Shown: piece by piece, positions 1 through 9,747 of the stretch | Layout: every line of letters starts with the position of its first letter | Numbering within the stretch: position 1 is the first letter of the stretch | Source of the DNA: an uncultured SAR86 cluster bacterium | Lineage (GTDB): Bacteria; Pseudomonadota; Gammaproteobacteria; Magnimaribacterales; D2472 | Reading direction: 5' to 3' | Assembly (NCBI GenBank): GCA_902594515.1 | Contig: CACJML010000003.1 | Coordinates: 96,989 to 160,988 of the forward strand | Length of the DNA: 64,000 bases | The notes under the pieces: generated by a model | The model's database searches: none | What the model was told of the DNA's origin: nothing | What the model saw: only the letters and a program-made list of their open reading frames with translations | Program-made: the position numbers and the translations under genes

Positions 1-360
1 AATTCCCTCTAGCATATCTAGATTCATAATATTGAGAATTCCTATCGGAATTTGATAGGTATTCAAAAGGTGAAAGAGTTGATCACCAGAAATTGGAGCA
101 TTAAAACTATACATAAGTACCCCTATTAAGGAACAAACAATCAAAGGTATTATTAAGTTATGAATATGTATCTTTATGATTAATGAATTCATGTATCTAT
201 AGGTTGAATAGAGAACATATAACAGCGTCAAAATAGAAAAAATAAAAAATCCCAAGCTTGAATTTAATCCGAAATTTAAAAAAAAAGCCCAAAATATTGA
301 GATAGCTACAAGAAAGTAGAAATTTATAGAAACTGTTATATTGCTTACCAGAGAAGACAT
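1..360 (-). CDS. Partial polytopic membrane protein running off the left edge; possibly GT-C/polymerase type of the polysaccharide locus
   Basis: Not in the ORF track. Manual translation from ATG at 360 gives 120 stop-free codons (MSSLVSNITVSINFYFLVAISIFWAFFLNFG...NAPISGDQLFHLLNTYQ...) with several hydrophobic segments; divergent from asnB. Confidence 0.7.
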   Translation of the reverse strand, partial: MSSLVSNITVSINFYFLVAISIFWAFFLNFGLNSSLGFFIFSILTLLYVLYSTYRYMNSLIIKIHIHNLIIPLIVCSLIGVLMYSFNAPISGDQLFHLLNTYQIPIGILNIMNLDMLEGI

Positions 361-430
361 TACAAATGGTGATAATTATTAATCATACCATGTACAATTA
401 TCGCTTAACTATCGAATTTGATTTAAAAAA

Positions 431-2407
431 ATGTGCGGTATACTCGGTCAGGTTGATCCAAGAAACCAACTCCCATCGGAAGAGCAATTCTTGTCACTAT
501 TAAAGCTGCTCGATCACAGAGGTCCAGATGGTTTTGGGGCAAAAAAGCATAATAACTGTATTTTCGGCCATTCTCGATTGTCAATTTTAGATTTAAGTGA
601 TGCTGGCTCACAGCCTATGGAATCTAAATGCGGTAGATATCTTATTACATTCAATGGAGAAATTTATAACCATCAAGAAATCAGAGATGATTTGAGTAAA
701 AGCTTTAAGCTACAAAGAGATCATTGGGTGGGCAGTTCAGATACAGAAACTCTTCTTAGTTCTATTAGTTTATTGGGTTTAGAAAGCACAATGAAAATAG
801 TAAGGGGGATGTTTGCATTTGGCCTTTGGGATAAATTTGAAAAATCTATATCGCTTGTTAGAGATCCAATTGGAGAAAAGCCGCTCTATTACAACATTCA
901 AGACGGCTCATTAATATTTTCATCTGAATTGAAACCTATAAAAAAAATTCTTGGATCTTCTTTGAATATAAGCAAAGACGTTTTGACTCTTTATTTTAAG
1001 TATAACTATATTCCAACACCATACTCAATTTACGAAAATACTTTTAAATTGAATCCCGGCTCAATATTAAGAATTAGCCTTGATGCCTTAAATGATTCAA
1101 AAAGAATGAATATGAATTTTGAATATGTTAATAAAAATTTTGAATTATGTGAGTACTGGTCACTTGAGAAGTGTGCAAATGACGCCAACAAAAATAAATT
1201 TTCAACATACGACGAATCCCTTTTTGAGGTAAATAAAGCATTAAATTTATCTGTGCAAAGACAGCAAATTTCTGATGTTCCCCTAGGATGTTTTCTTTCA
1301 GGCGGCATCGACTCATCTTTGATTGCTTCTATAATGTCTGATCAGTGTGAATATAAGATTAATACATTCACAATTGGCTTTCATGAGAAGGAATTCGATG
1401 AATCAATTTATGCAAAAAGGATAGCTGATTTTATAGATTCAAATCATCACCAAAGAGTAATCTCTATAAATGACGCTATAGATATAATTCCTCAAATACC
1501 CAAAATTTATGATGAACCATTTGCTGATTCATCTCAAATTCCAACTTATCTAGTATCAAAAATTGCCAGAGAAAATGTTACTGTGTGTTTATCTGGTGAT
1601 GGGGGAGATGAATTTTTTGGAGGCTATAATAGACATTTTAAAGTTGTACCTTTAAGCAAATTAATTCATAGAATCCCTAGAAGTCTTAGACCTATATTGA
1701 GTTCATTTATAAGAAGCCTGAGCCAGTCTAATCTTAAGATAATTACTTATCTCTTTAATAAGATTTTTCAATCAAGTTCAAATATGAATGATAAACTTTT
1801 TCGGCTCTCAAGACGTATTGCTGAAAGTAAAACGAATAAAGATTTATATAGGAGTTTTCTTGTCGAATGGGATGATAATGAAAATTTATTAAGTGGCCTT
1901 AACGAGCCAGCACACTTTTTAAATCAACAATGGATGAACTTTGAAAATTTTGAAGAAACAATGATGTATGTTGATGCAAAAACTTATCTACCTGATGACA
2001 TACTTGTCAAAGTTGATAGAGCATCTATGGCCAATAGCTTAGAGACTAGAGCTCCTTTTTTAGATATAGACCTCATTAATACGTCATTTAAAGTGCCTTT
2101 GGAGCATAAAATTTCATCCTCATCCGGGAAAAAAGTATTAAAAGATTTATTACATAAAAAGATCCCTAGAGACCTATTTGATCGTCAGAAACAGGGATTT
2201 GGTGTTCCTGTAGCAGATTGGTTAAGAGGTCCGCTAAAAGATGATTTTGAGGCAATGATTTCAAAATCCTCAATTCAACAATATGATTTTATTGACTATG
2301 ATTTAATAAATAAAAAATGGAATCAGCATCTTAATAAAAGCCATAATTGGGCGCCATCATTGTGGAGCATATATATGTTGCAACTTTGGTCTGAAAACAA
2401 TCTATAG
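431..2407 (+). CDS. asnB: Asparagine synthase-family glutamine amidotransferase, polysaccharide-associated (WbpS/WbtH-like)
   Basis: N-terminal MCGI (Ntn Cys), HRGPD, FNGEIYNH, LSGGIDSS, SGDGGDE, VKVDRASMANSLETRAPFLD; located in a glycan cluster. Confidence 0.93.
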   Translation: MCGILGQVDPRNQLPSEEQFLSLLKLLDHRGPDGFGAKKHNNCIFGHSRLSILDLSDAGSQPMESKCGRYLITFNGEIYNHQEIRDDLSKSFKLQRDHWVGSSDTETLLSSISLLGLESTMKIVRGMFAFGLWDKFEKSISLVRDPIGEKPLYYNIQDGSLIFSSELKPIKKILGSSLNISKDVLTLYFKYNYIPTPYSIYENTFKLNPGSILRISLDALNDSKRMNMNFEYVNKNFELCEYWSLEKCANDANKNKFSTYDESLFEVNKALNLSVQRQQISDVPLGCFLSGGIDSSLIASIMSDQCEYKINTFTIGFHEKEFDESIYAKRIADFIDSNHHQRVISINDAIDIIPQIPKIYDEPFADSSQIPTYLVSKIARENVTVCLSGDGGDEFFGGYNRHFKVVPLSKLIHRIPRSLRPILSSFIRSLSQSNLKIITYLFNKIFQSSSNMNDKLFRLSRRIAESKTNKDLYRSFLVEWDDNENLLSGLNEPAHFLNQQWMNFENFEETMMYVDAKTYLPDDILVKVDRASMANSLETRAPFLDIDLINTSFKVPLEHKISSSSGKKVLKDLLHKKIPRDLFDRQKQGFGVPVADWLRGPLKDDFEAMISKSSIQQYDFIDYDLINKKWNQHLNKSHNWAPSLWSIYMLQLWSENNL

Positions 2408-2409
2408 AA

Positions 2410-3561
2410 ATGACATACAAATCTATCTCAACAATTATATTTTGCGGCCTATTAATTCGATTATTACTTGCTTACGTTAATGCATTTATAGGGCCCACGC
2501 CAGGAGGTGAAAATGATGCCCTCGGCTTTCATTTTGTTGGCTCTCACTATGCAATAACAGGAGATCCATTGGCACATGACATATACAGGGTGGGCTGGTA
2601 TTACTCATTATTTCTTGGATACGTATATAAATATTCTATTAACTCGATATTTTTGGGATCATTATTTTCAATTCTAGCTTGGTTTCTTTCAACATTGCTT
2701 GTACTCAGGATAATGGAATTGATAAATGCAAGCATTTTTCAGAAAGTTTGCTCAGCTAGTTTAATGTCATTTTTACCCTCAATGATTTTTTACTCCTCGG
2801 TAACTCTTCGTGAACCTTTTCAATTGTTTTTTTTAACCTTGCTTGTTTATTCGATATTAAGGTTTGCTTTAACAAAATCATTGCTGCATTTATTTTTACT
2901 TCCTTTAGCATTGTTTGGATTAGCATTGCTTCATCAGTCGCTTATTGTTACATCCATACTACTACTTCTGCTGTTTACCATTTATCTTTACTCAAAAGGC
3001 ATTAAGAAAATATGGCAAAACTTTGGCTTGTATATGATTTTTTTACTCATGATAGGACTGGTTCCGGTTGCTTCATCACTCATACAGACATTATCTTATA
3101 GCTTTGAAGCAGGCATAGTTGAATCATTAATTTCTCATAATGAAGGCTTGATCGGTGATGCTGGTCAGGCAAGAGCTAGATATAGAATTGAGCCACCTGA
3201 GAATTCTTTTTTTGGTATTTTTACATACCCATTTATTGCTTTTTTTCAATATCAACTAGAGCCTTTACCATGGAATGTTTCTAGTTTTGGAGATATATTG
3301 CTGTTTCTTGAGAATTTAATAAGAGTAACGATATTATTTTATTTAATAAAGTTTGCTTACAAAGAAGGACTTTTTAGCGTTGATTATATTTTTCCGTTAT
3401 TAATATCCTATTTAATTGTTGAAGGCATTTGGTCTTTGGGAACTATTAATTGGGGTACGGCCTCAAGACATCATATTCCTGCAATGGGTTTGTTATCAGT
3501 CCTAGGATTTTTCTTATATAGTGAAATAGAGAAAAAATTTGTGAAAAAGATACCAAGTTAA
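2410..3561 (+). CDS. Polytopic membrane protein, Wzy polymerase/GT-C-like
   Basis: About 10 hydrophobic segments, a large periplasmic loop, LREP and NWGTASRH motifs; polysaccharide context. Confidence 0.6.
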   Translation: MTYKSISTIIFCGLLIRLLLAYVNAFIGPTPGGENDALGFHFVGSHYAITGDPLAHDIYRVGWYYSLFLGYVYKYSINSIFLGSLFSILAWFLSTLLVLRIMELINASIFQKVCSASLMSFLPSMIFYSSVTLREPFQLFFLTLLVYSILRFALTKSLLHLFLLPLALFGLALLHQSLIVTSILLLLLFTIYLYSKGIKKIWQNFGLYMIFLLMIGLVPVASSLIQTLSYSFEAGIVESLISHNEGLIGDAGQARARYRIEPPENSFFGIFTYPFIAFFQYQLEPLPWNVSSFGDILLFLENLIRVTILFYLIKFAYKEGLFSVDYIFPLLISYLIVEGIWSLGTINWGTASRHHIPAMGLLSVLGFFLYSEIEKKFVKKIPS

Positions 3562-4553
3562 TGAATAGCTTAATTAGTGTTATTATTCCCGTTCGAGATG
3601 ATCAAGATTTTTTGATCGAAACCTTGGAATCATTAATTTCTAACATAGATTTTATTTATGAAATTATAATTGTTGATTCCTCTTCTAATAAAAATTCAAA
3701 AACTGTTAAAGAAATACTTGATAACTCATCAATAAAAAATTTAAAGACTATTTATAAGAAAATTTCTCCTGCATTTCCTGGGGCTGCAAGAAATATTGGA
3801 TTGAAGCTTGCAAGTTCAGATTTTATAGCATTTCTCGATTGTAAGACTGCTGCAAAATCAAACTGGTTAAGTTGTGCTGCTGCCGAATTTAAGAAAAACA
3901 ATAGACTAATGATTTTTGGCTCAAGGACCGATGTTGCAGCAGAAACATTTTTTCAAAAACTGCTTAGAGCATCGTCCTATGGAAAAGTCCCAACTATTGT
4001 AATGGTCGGATCAGTATTTAAAAAAGAGTTAATAAACTTCACTGGGTATTTACGGGAAGATGTCAGGTCTGGAGAGGACATTGATTGGTCATTAAGGATT
4101 AAAAATCTAAACTTACAAATCAAATATCCTACTAGTGCAGTTATAGAGTACAGGGGATTAGAAAAAAATCTTTTTAAGGCCTTAGTAAAATATTTCACAT
4201 ATGGCTTATTATCAGCAAAAGTCGACATTCTTAGACTCTATAGAGCAATGTATTTTTATACTATATGTCTTTTTGCCTTGTTTTTTGTATTCAATTGGAA
4301 CAATATTTTTGCAGGTTGGGATCTTTCAGACCCACTTTATGTGCCTAATATTACAAAAATCTTTCTACTATTATGCCTTTCAATATATATTTTAATTAGA
4401 GGACTTGTTACACCTTTAAGAAGAAAAGAGAAGATCTCTTTTTTGCTTCCCTTTAACTGGCTATTGGTTAGTACATTGTCATTTACATTAGATCTGTTTA
4501 AGGCCCCAGGTTATTTTCTAGGCTATATTCTTAACTTTAGAAAAGATAAGTAA
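3561..4553 (+). CDS. Glycosyltransferase family 2 with C-terminal membrane helices
   Basis: ISVIIPV, EIIIVD, GAARNIG, FIAFLD and GEDIDW motifs. Confidence 0.88.
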   Translation: MNSLISVIIPVRDDQDFLIETLESLISNIDFIYEIIIVDSSSNKNSKTVKEILDNSSIKNLKTIYKKISPAFPGAARNIGLKLASSDFIAFLDCKTAAKSNWLSCAAAEFKKNNRLMIFGSRTDVAAETFFQKLLRASSYGKVPTIVMVGSVFKKELINFTGYLREDVRSGEDIDWSLRIKNLNLQIKYPTSAVIEYRGLEKNLFKALVKYFTYGLLSAKVDILRLYRAMYFYTICLFALFFVFNWNNIFAGWDLSDPLYVPNITKIFLLLCLSIYILIRGLVTPLRRKEKISFLLPFNWLLVSTLSFTLDLFKAPGYFLGYILNFRKDK

Positions 4554-5509
4554 TGAAAACTCTACCAAAATTTATAATTTCATTAGACTATGAACTGCTT
4601 TGGGGGATGCTTGATGTAAAGAACCTCGATAAGTGCATTAGTAATGTAAGAGGAGAAACTAATGCAATTCCTAAGATGCTGGACTTATTTGAAAAATATA
4701 ATATTGGGGTCACTTGGGCAATTGTTGGTATGACGCTTTGTGAGAACTATGATGAGTGGAGATCTTTTAAACCTCAACAAATCCCAAAATATAAAAAAAA
4801 GGGCAAACCAACCAACTATGAGATTGACATAAGATCATTTAGAGATGAAGAATTATTCTTTCAAAAAGATATGATCAAAAGAATTGCCGCCTGTCCTCGC
4901 CAAGAAATAGCTTCTCATTCATACAGCCATCTTTATTTCAGTGAACCTGGAATCACCAATCAAGATATATCAAATGATTTTAGATTATTTGAAAATATCT
5001 CATTTCAAAATAATATTTCATGTAAATCCTTTATTTTTCCAAGAAATCAAGTAAATGATATTGCTCTTAAAGAACTAAAAAAGCATGAATTTAAAACCTA
5101 TAGAGGAAACCTTCAAAATTTTATTCAAAAGGACGGACATAAAGACTCACAGAGCCTATTCTTTAAGTTAATTAGATTTGGAGATTCATATATTCAGATA
5201 TCAAAAGATTTGAGTTATAAGAATTCTGCTAATGAAAATTTGTTAAATGTTCCAGGTAGTCTTTTTTTAAGGCCAGTAAATTCAAAAACTCCTTATGTTT
5301 TAAATAAGATGCATATCAAGAGAATAAAAAAATCTATGACCATAGCTGCTCAAAATAAAGAAACGTTCCATTTATGGTGGCATCCTCACAATTTTGGCAA
5401 TTCAACAGATGATAATCTCTTAAATCTGAGAGATATCCTCGAGCATTATACTGTGTTGAGTAACGAACATGGTATGACATCAAAAAATATGGGAGAGTTT
5501 ACTGTATGA
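4553..5509 (+). CDS. Polysaccharide deacetylase (NodB/CE4 family)
   Basis: ISLDYELLWG, TWAIVG, EIASHSYSH, SFIFPRN and FHLWWHPHNFG motifs. Confidence 0.88.
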   Translation: MKTLPKFIISLDYELLWGMLDVKNLDKCISNVRGETNAIPKMLDLFEKYNIGVTWAIVGMTLCENYDEWRSFKPQQIPKYKKKGKPTNYEIDIRSFRDEELFFQKDMIKRIAACPRQEIASHSYSHLYFSEPGITNQDISNDFRLFENISFQNNISCKSFIFPRNQVNDIALKELKKHEFKTYRGNLQNFIQKDGHKDSQSLFFKLIRFGDSYIQISKDLSYKNSANENLLNVPGSLFLRPVNSKTPYVLNKMHIKRIKKSMTIAAQNKETFHLWWHPHNFGNSTDDNLLNLRDILEHYTVLSNEHGMTSKNMGEFTV

Positions 5510-6267
5510 AGATTCTGCTTTTAGCGACTAATTCCGAAACCACAAACATATTAATTAATTCCTTAAAAAGTAGTTTCGATGTTGAAGTAATTTTTGAAGA
5601 AAAAGTGTCAAAGATTAATTTTTGGAGAAGGAGATTTCTTCATCAAGGATTCCTTAGAACTTTAAATCAAATTTTATTTTTACTCTTTATTCAATCACTA
5701 AAGCCACTTTATGTAAAAAATAAGTACAGCTTTTTTGCTAGAGAGAAATTTTTTTTAATTGACTCAGGCGATATAAAAATAAGAAACGTTAAGTCTATAA
5801 ATAGCGATGATTCAATAGATCTGATATCAACAATTGACGCAGATATAATTTTAATTAATGGAACGAGGATTTTATCAAAAAAATTACTTGATTCTATTAA
5901 AGCAGATTTTATAAACATTCATTGTGGTGTCACACCAAAGTATAGGGGTGTACATGGAGGTTATTGGGCCGCTTATAGTCAAGATTTTGAAAATCTTGGA
6001 GTAACAATTCATAAAGTTGATAAAGGAGTTGATACTGGTGAAATAATATTTCAAGAAAAAGTAGAGTACTCTAGTTCCTTAAATTATTTTATTTATCCAC
6101 TTAAGCAGTATAGTATCGCTATACCAAATCTTATTAAAATACTAAGAAAGTTTTCAGTCGAAGGTGTCTTTACAACATTTTATAGAAATGACTTGCCCTC
6201 CAAACTTTGGTATCATCCGACTCTCACAAGTTACTTGCATGGTTTGATATTTAGGGGAATTAAATAG
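5506..6267 (+). CDS. Formyltransferase (N10-formyl-THF dependent), likely acting on a sugar amine
   Basis: INIHCGVTPKYRG and GVTIHKVDKGVDTGEII formyltransferase signature. Confidence 0.87.
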   Translation: MKILLLATNSETTNILINSLKSSFDVEVIFEEKVSKINFWRRRFLHQGFLRTLNQILFLLFIQSLKPLYVKNKYSFFAREKFFLIDSGDIKIRNVKSINSDDSIDLISTIDADIILINGTRILSKKLLDSIKADFINIHCGVTPKYRGVHGGYWAAYSQDFENLGVTIHKVDKGVDTGEIIFQEKVEYSSSLNYFIYPLKQYSIAIPNLIKILRKFSVEGVFTTFYRNDLPSKLWYHPTLTSYLHGLIFRGIK

Positions 6268-6289
6268 ATTATTTAATTGCATTTTTGAT

Positions 6290-7279
6290 ATGAAAAGTAA
6301 TAACCGTGCATGGCTTATCACTGGTGTAGCAGGCTTCATAGGGAGTAATCTTTTACTAGAATTATTGCAAAACAATTGCAAGGTTGTTGGCATTGATAGC
6401 TTTATTACCGGCAAAGAGGAGAATTTAGAATACGTAAAATCCTTAGTATCCAAATCTCAGTGGAATAATTTCACTTTTTTTAATGATGATCTTAGAGATC
6501 ATAATATTTGTCAAAAGGTTACCAAAGGTATAGATATTATTCTTCATCAGGCTGCCCTGGGTTCTGTTCCAAGATCAGTAAAAGATCCAATTTTAAGTTC
6601 AGATATAAACATAAATGGATTTCTTAATATTATTGATGCTGCAAGATTAAATAATGTTAACCGATTAATTTATGCTTCAAGCAGTTCAGTGTATGGTGAT
6701 TCGGTTGAGCTACCAAAAGTTGAGGACGTGACTGGCAATGTACTATCACCTTATGCACTTACTAAATTAGTTAATGAGGAGCAGGCAAAAGTATTCAGTA
6801 GGACTTATGGAATAGATGTTATTGGCTTAAGATATTTTAATGTTTTTGGTTCAATGCAAGATCCTAATGGAGAGTATGCAGCTGTAATTCCAAAGTGGAT
6901 AAATTCAATAATGAATCAGGTTCCAATCGAGATCTTTGGTGATGGAAATACTTCAAGAGATTTTTGTTATATAAAAAATGTCATTCAAGCTAACTTACTT
7001 GCTGCAACAACTGACAACCCAAATGCTCTAAATCAAATTTATAATGTTGCATTTGGAGGAAGGACTTCACTAAATGATTTGTTTAATATTATTAATACTA
7101 CTTGTAGTAAATTTGGATTTAACTACTCTCTTGAACCAAAATATAAAGACTTTCGTCCGGGAGATATTAAACATTCAAATGCAGATATTTCTAAGATTAA
7201 AAAATTACTTAATTACGATCCTATTTATGATGTCTCAAAAGGACTTAGTGAAACAATAAGGTGGTATGTTGAAAGTTAA
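6290..7279 (+). CDS. UDP-GlcNAc/GlcNAcA C4-epimerase (WbpP/TviC-like SDR)
   Basis: WLITGVAGFIGSN, HQAALGSVPRS, YASSSSVYGD, SPYALTK, LRYFNVFG, DPNGEYAAVIPKW. Confidence 0.9.
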   Translation: MKSNNRAWLITGVAGFIGSNLLLELLQNNCKVVGIDSFITGKEENLEYVKSLVSKSQWNNFTFFNDDLRDHNICQKVTKGIDIILHQAALGSVPRSVKDPILSSDININGFLNIIDAARLNNVNRLIYASSSSVYGDSVELPKVEDVTGNVLSPYALTKLVNEEQAKVFSRTYGIDVIGLRYFNVFGSMQDPNGEYAAVIPKWINSIMNQVPIEIFGDGNTSRDFCYIKNVIQANLLAATTDNPNALNQIYNVAFGGRTSLNDLFNIINTTCSKFGFNYSLEPKYKDFRPGDIKHSNADISKIKKLLNYDPIYDVSKGLSETIRWYVES

Positions 7280-8537
7280 GCTAACTCAAATAAGAATTTG
7301 TATTATTGGGCTTGGTTACGTTGGACTTCCTTTGGCGATCGCATTTTCTAAGTATTTCAGTGTTACTGGGTTTGACTTAAATAAGAGCAGAATTAAGGAT
7401 TTGAAAAAAAATGTTGATTATACAAATGAAGTTACATCATCAATTTTAAAAAAATCTAAATGTAGCTTCACTTCAAAATTAAGTGATATCAAGGACTGTA
7501 ATTTATTTATTGTAACTGTACCAACACCTATTTTTGCAAATAGGAAGCCAGATTTAGGCCCTCTAAAATCTTCTTCAAAAATGATAGGCTCAGTTATAAA
7601 AAAAGGAGATACAGTAGTTTTTGAGTCAACTGTTTACCCTGGTGCCACTGAAGAAGTTTGCGTACCAATTATTGAGAAGAGATCAAGCTTAAAGCTGAAT
7701 GAAGATTTCTTTCTAGGCTATAGTCCTGAAAGAATAAACCCTGGAGATAAAGAAAAGCAGCTATCGAATATAAAAAAAATCGTTTCTGCTTCTAATAAAC
7801 AAACTCTTAACCTTCTAGTAAAGGTCTATTCAAAAATAATTAAAGCAGGAATACATTCCGCTTCCTCAATAAGGGTCGCTGAAGCGGCTAAGGTAATTGA
7901 AAATACACAAAGGGATTTAAATATTGCTTTTATCAATGAGCTATCAATTTTATTTAATAAGCTGGATATTGATACTGAAGAAGTACTTAAGGCTGCTGAG
8001 ACTAAATGGAATTTTATTTCATTTAGACCCGGACTAGTTGGGGGCCATTGTATTGGCGTAGACCCATATTATCTTACGGCGAAAGCGAAAAGTATTGGAT
8101 ATGATCCCAAAATTATTCTTGCGGGCAGAGAATTAAATGACAATATGCCAAAAATAGTGGGAAAAAGATTTATTGATAAGACTAGATCACTATTTCCAAA
8201 AGAACGAAACTTAAAAATACTTATATTGGGCGCAACCTTCAAGGAAAACTGTCCTGATACAAGGAATTCAAAAGTTGAAAGTTTATGTAATTATTTAGTT
8301 AAGCGAAATTGTAAGATTCATATTTTTGAACCAAATATTAATTCTGTAAGAATGTTTGGTCAAAGTAAAATAAATTCTCCAATGAAAAATTATTACCACG
8401 GTATTGTTTATGCCGTTGGCCATGATCAGTTTAAAAAATATTCAATAAAAAAGATGAGATCTTGGACAAAAAAAGGAGGAATAATTTTCGATCTTAAGTA
8501 TTCCCTTGATCAATCAGATGCAGATATGAGACTTTAG
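7266..8537 (+). CDS. UDP-N-acetylhexosamine 6-dehydrogenase (WbpO/TviB-like)
   Basis: IIGLGYVGLPLA, ESTVYPGATEE, YSPERINPGD, AEAAKVIENTQRD, PGLVGGHCIGVDPYYL, FKENCPD. Confidence 0.92.
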   Translation: MLKVKLTQIRICIIGLGYVGLPLAIAFSKYFSVTGFDLNKSRIKDLKKNVDYTNEVTSSILKKSKCSFTSKLSDIKDCNLFIVTVPTPIFANRKPDLGPLKSSSKMIGSVIKKGDTVVFESTVYPGATEEVCVPIIEKRSSLKLNEDFFLGYSPERINPGDKEKQLSNIKKIVSASNKQTLNLLVKVYSKIIKAGIHSASSIRVAEAAKVIENTQRDLNIAFINELSILFNKLDIDTEEVLKAAETKWNFISFRPGLVGGHCIGVDPYYLTAKAKSIGYDPKIILAGRELNDNMPKIVGKRFIDKTRSLFPKERNLKILILGATFKENCPDTRNSKVESLCNYLVKRNCKIHIFEPNINSVRMFGQSKINSPMKNYYHGIVYAVGHDQFKKYSIKKMRSWTKKGGIIFDLKYSLDQSDADMRL

Positions 8538-9688
8538 TTTAATAATGAAATATATGCTTGCTTATGTTGATCAACAACCCTTTCAACTGAATAATTTTCC
8601 TGTGCTAATTTCATTGAAAACTTACCAAATTCGATGAGCTGATTTTCTGATTTAGAAATTCTAATTATTTTTTTGGCAAGATCCTTATAATTATTTGATT
8701 CTACCAAGAAACCATTTCTGCCCTCATAGACACAGTCTCTACAACCGGGTACATTAGTCGTGATAATTGCTCTTCCAGACGCAGATGCCTCTAATAAGAT
8801 CTTTGGCATACCTTCTCTATGTGATGGGAGTAAAACAAAATGACAATCTCTCAAGAAACTATATATTTTTTCATGAAATCCAAAATATTTTATATTTGGT
8901 TTCATGGCAAGCTGATTTAAAAAGTCTTCATTTATGGAGTCTGGATTACCATCATCGATTTCACCAACTATCCAAATCTCTATGTTTCTATTTTTCTCAT
9001 AAATTGTTTCTGAGGCATGGAATATCTCTTCAACACCTTTTGTTTTAAGAAGTCTAGATGCAAATAATCCAATAGTTTTATTGCTTTTAAAGGTTGGCAA
9101 GTCTGAATAAGAAAATGCTGCCAGATCAATGCCGGACCCATAGGTTAGTAAAGTATCATTACTATTGATGCCATGAAAATCTTTTAACTCATTAAGATCA
9201 TCTTGATTATGAAAAACAAGTAATTTTTTTGTATTACTAAGAATTAACTTAAGCAAATAGTTAATAATTTTTTTTGTAAAGGTTTTTTTAAAGCTCGCCT
9301 TCTGATTGGTAAATACATGTCCTAGTCCAGAGAATGCAATTAAATTTGGTAATTTATAAAGTTTTGCTACAAGGCCACCATGTATAACCCCTTTCATAGT
9401 TATCGTATGAATTAAATGAGGCTTAGCTTTATTTGTTATCTTAAATAGTTTAAACAAAGTTATTAGCTCAGAAAATGGATTTATACCGGATCTAGAAATA
9501 TTCAATTCAAAGTGTTTGATATTGAGGGATTCTAACTCCTTAACAGCCTTTGTTCTTGGAGAAGCAACAAATATGTTTGAGTTATTTTTAATCAACATTT
9601 CAAGTATTTCTTTCCTATGGCTAAATAGGAAGTCCAAATTGTTTATAACGATTAATATTCTTTTTGCGTTTAGGTTGTTAAGAGTCAT
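8534..9688 (-). CDS. Glycosyltransferase family 4 (CapM-like)
   Basis: FLFSHR, SRLLKTKGVEE, LPSHREGMPKILLEASASGRAIITTNVPGCRD. Confidence 0.9.
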   Translation of the reverse strand: MTLNNLNAKRILIVINNLDFLFSHRKEILEMLIKNNSNIFVASPRTKAVKELESLNIKHFELNISRSGINPFSELITLFKLFKITNKAKPHLIHTITMKGVIHGGLVAKLYKLPNLIAFSGLGHVFTNQKASFKKTFTKKIINYLLKLILSNTKKLLVFHNQDDLNELKDFHGINSNDTLLTYGSGIDLAAFSYSDLPTFKSNKTIGLFASRLLKTKGVEEIFHASETIYEKNRNIEIWIVGEIDDGNPDSINEDFLNQLAMKPNIKYFGFHEKIYSFLRDCHFVLLPSHREGMPKILLEASASGRAIITTNVPGCRDCVYEGRNGFLVESNNYKDLAKKIIRISKSENQLIEFGKFSMKLAQENYSVERVVDQHKQAYISLLN

Positions 9689-9747
9689 TGAAATAAATTA
9701 TTTGGAAGTAAATATTGTATAATTTAGTTTATAAATTGGACATTCAC

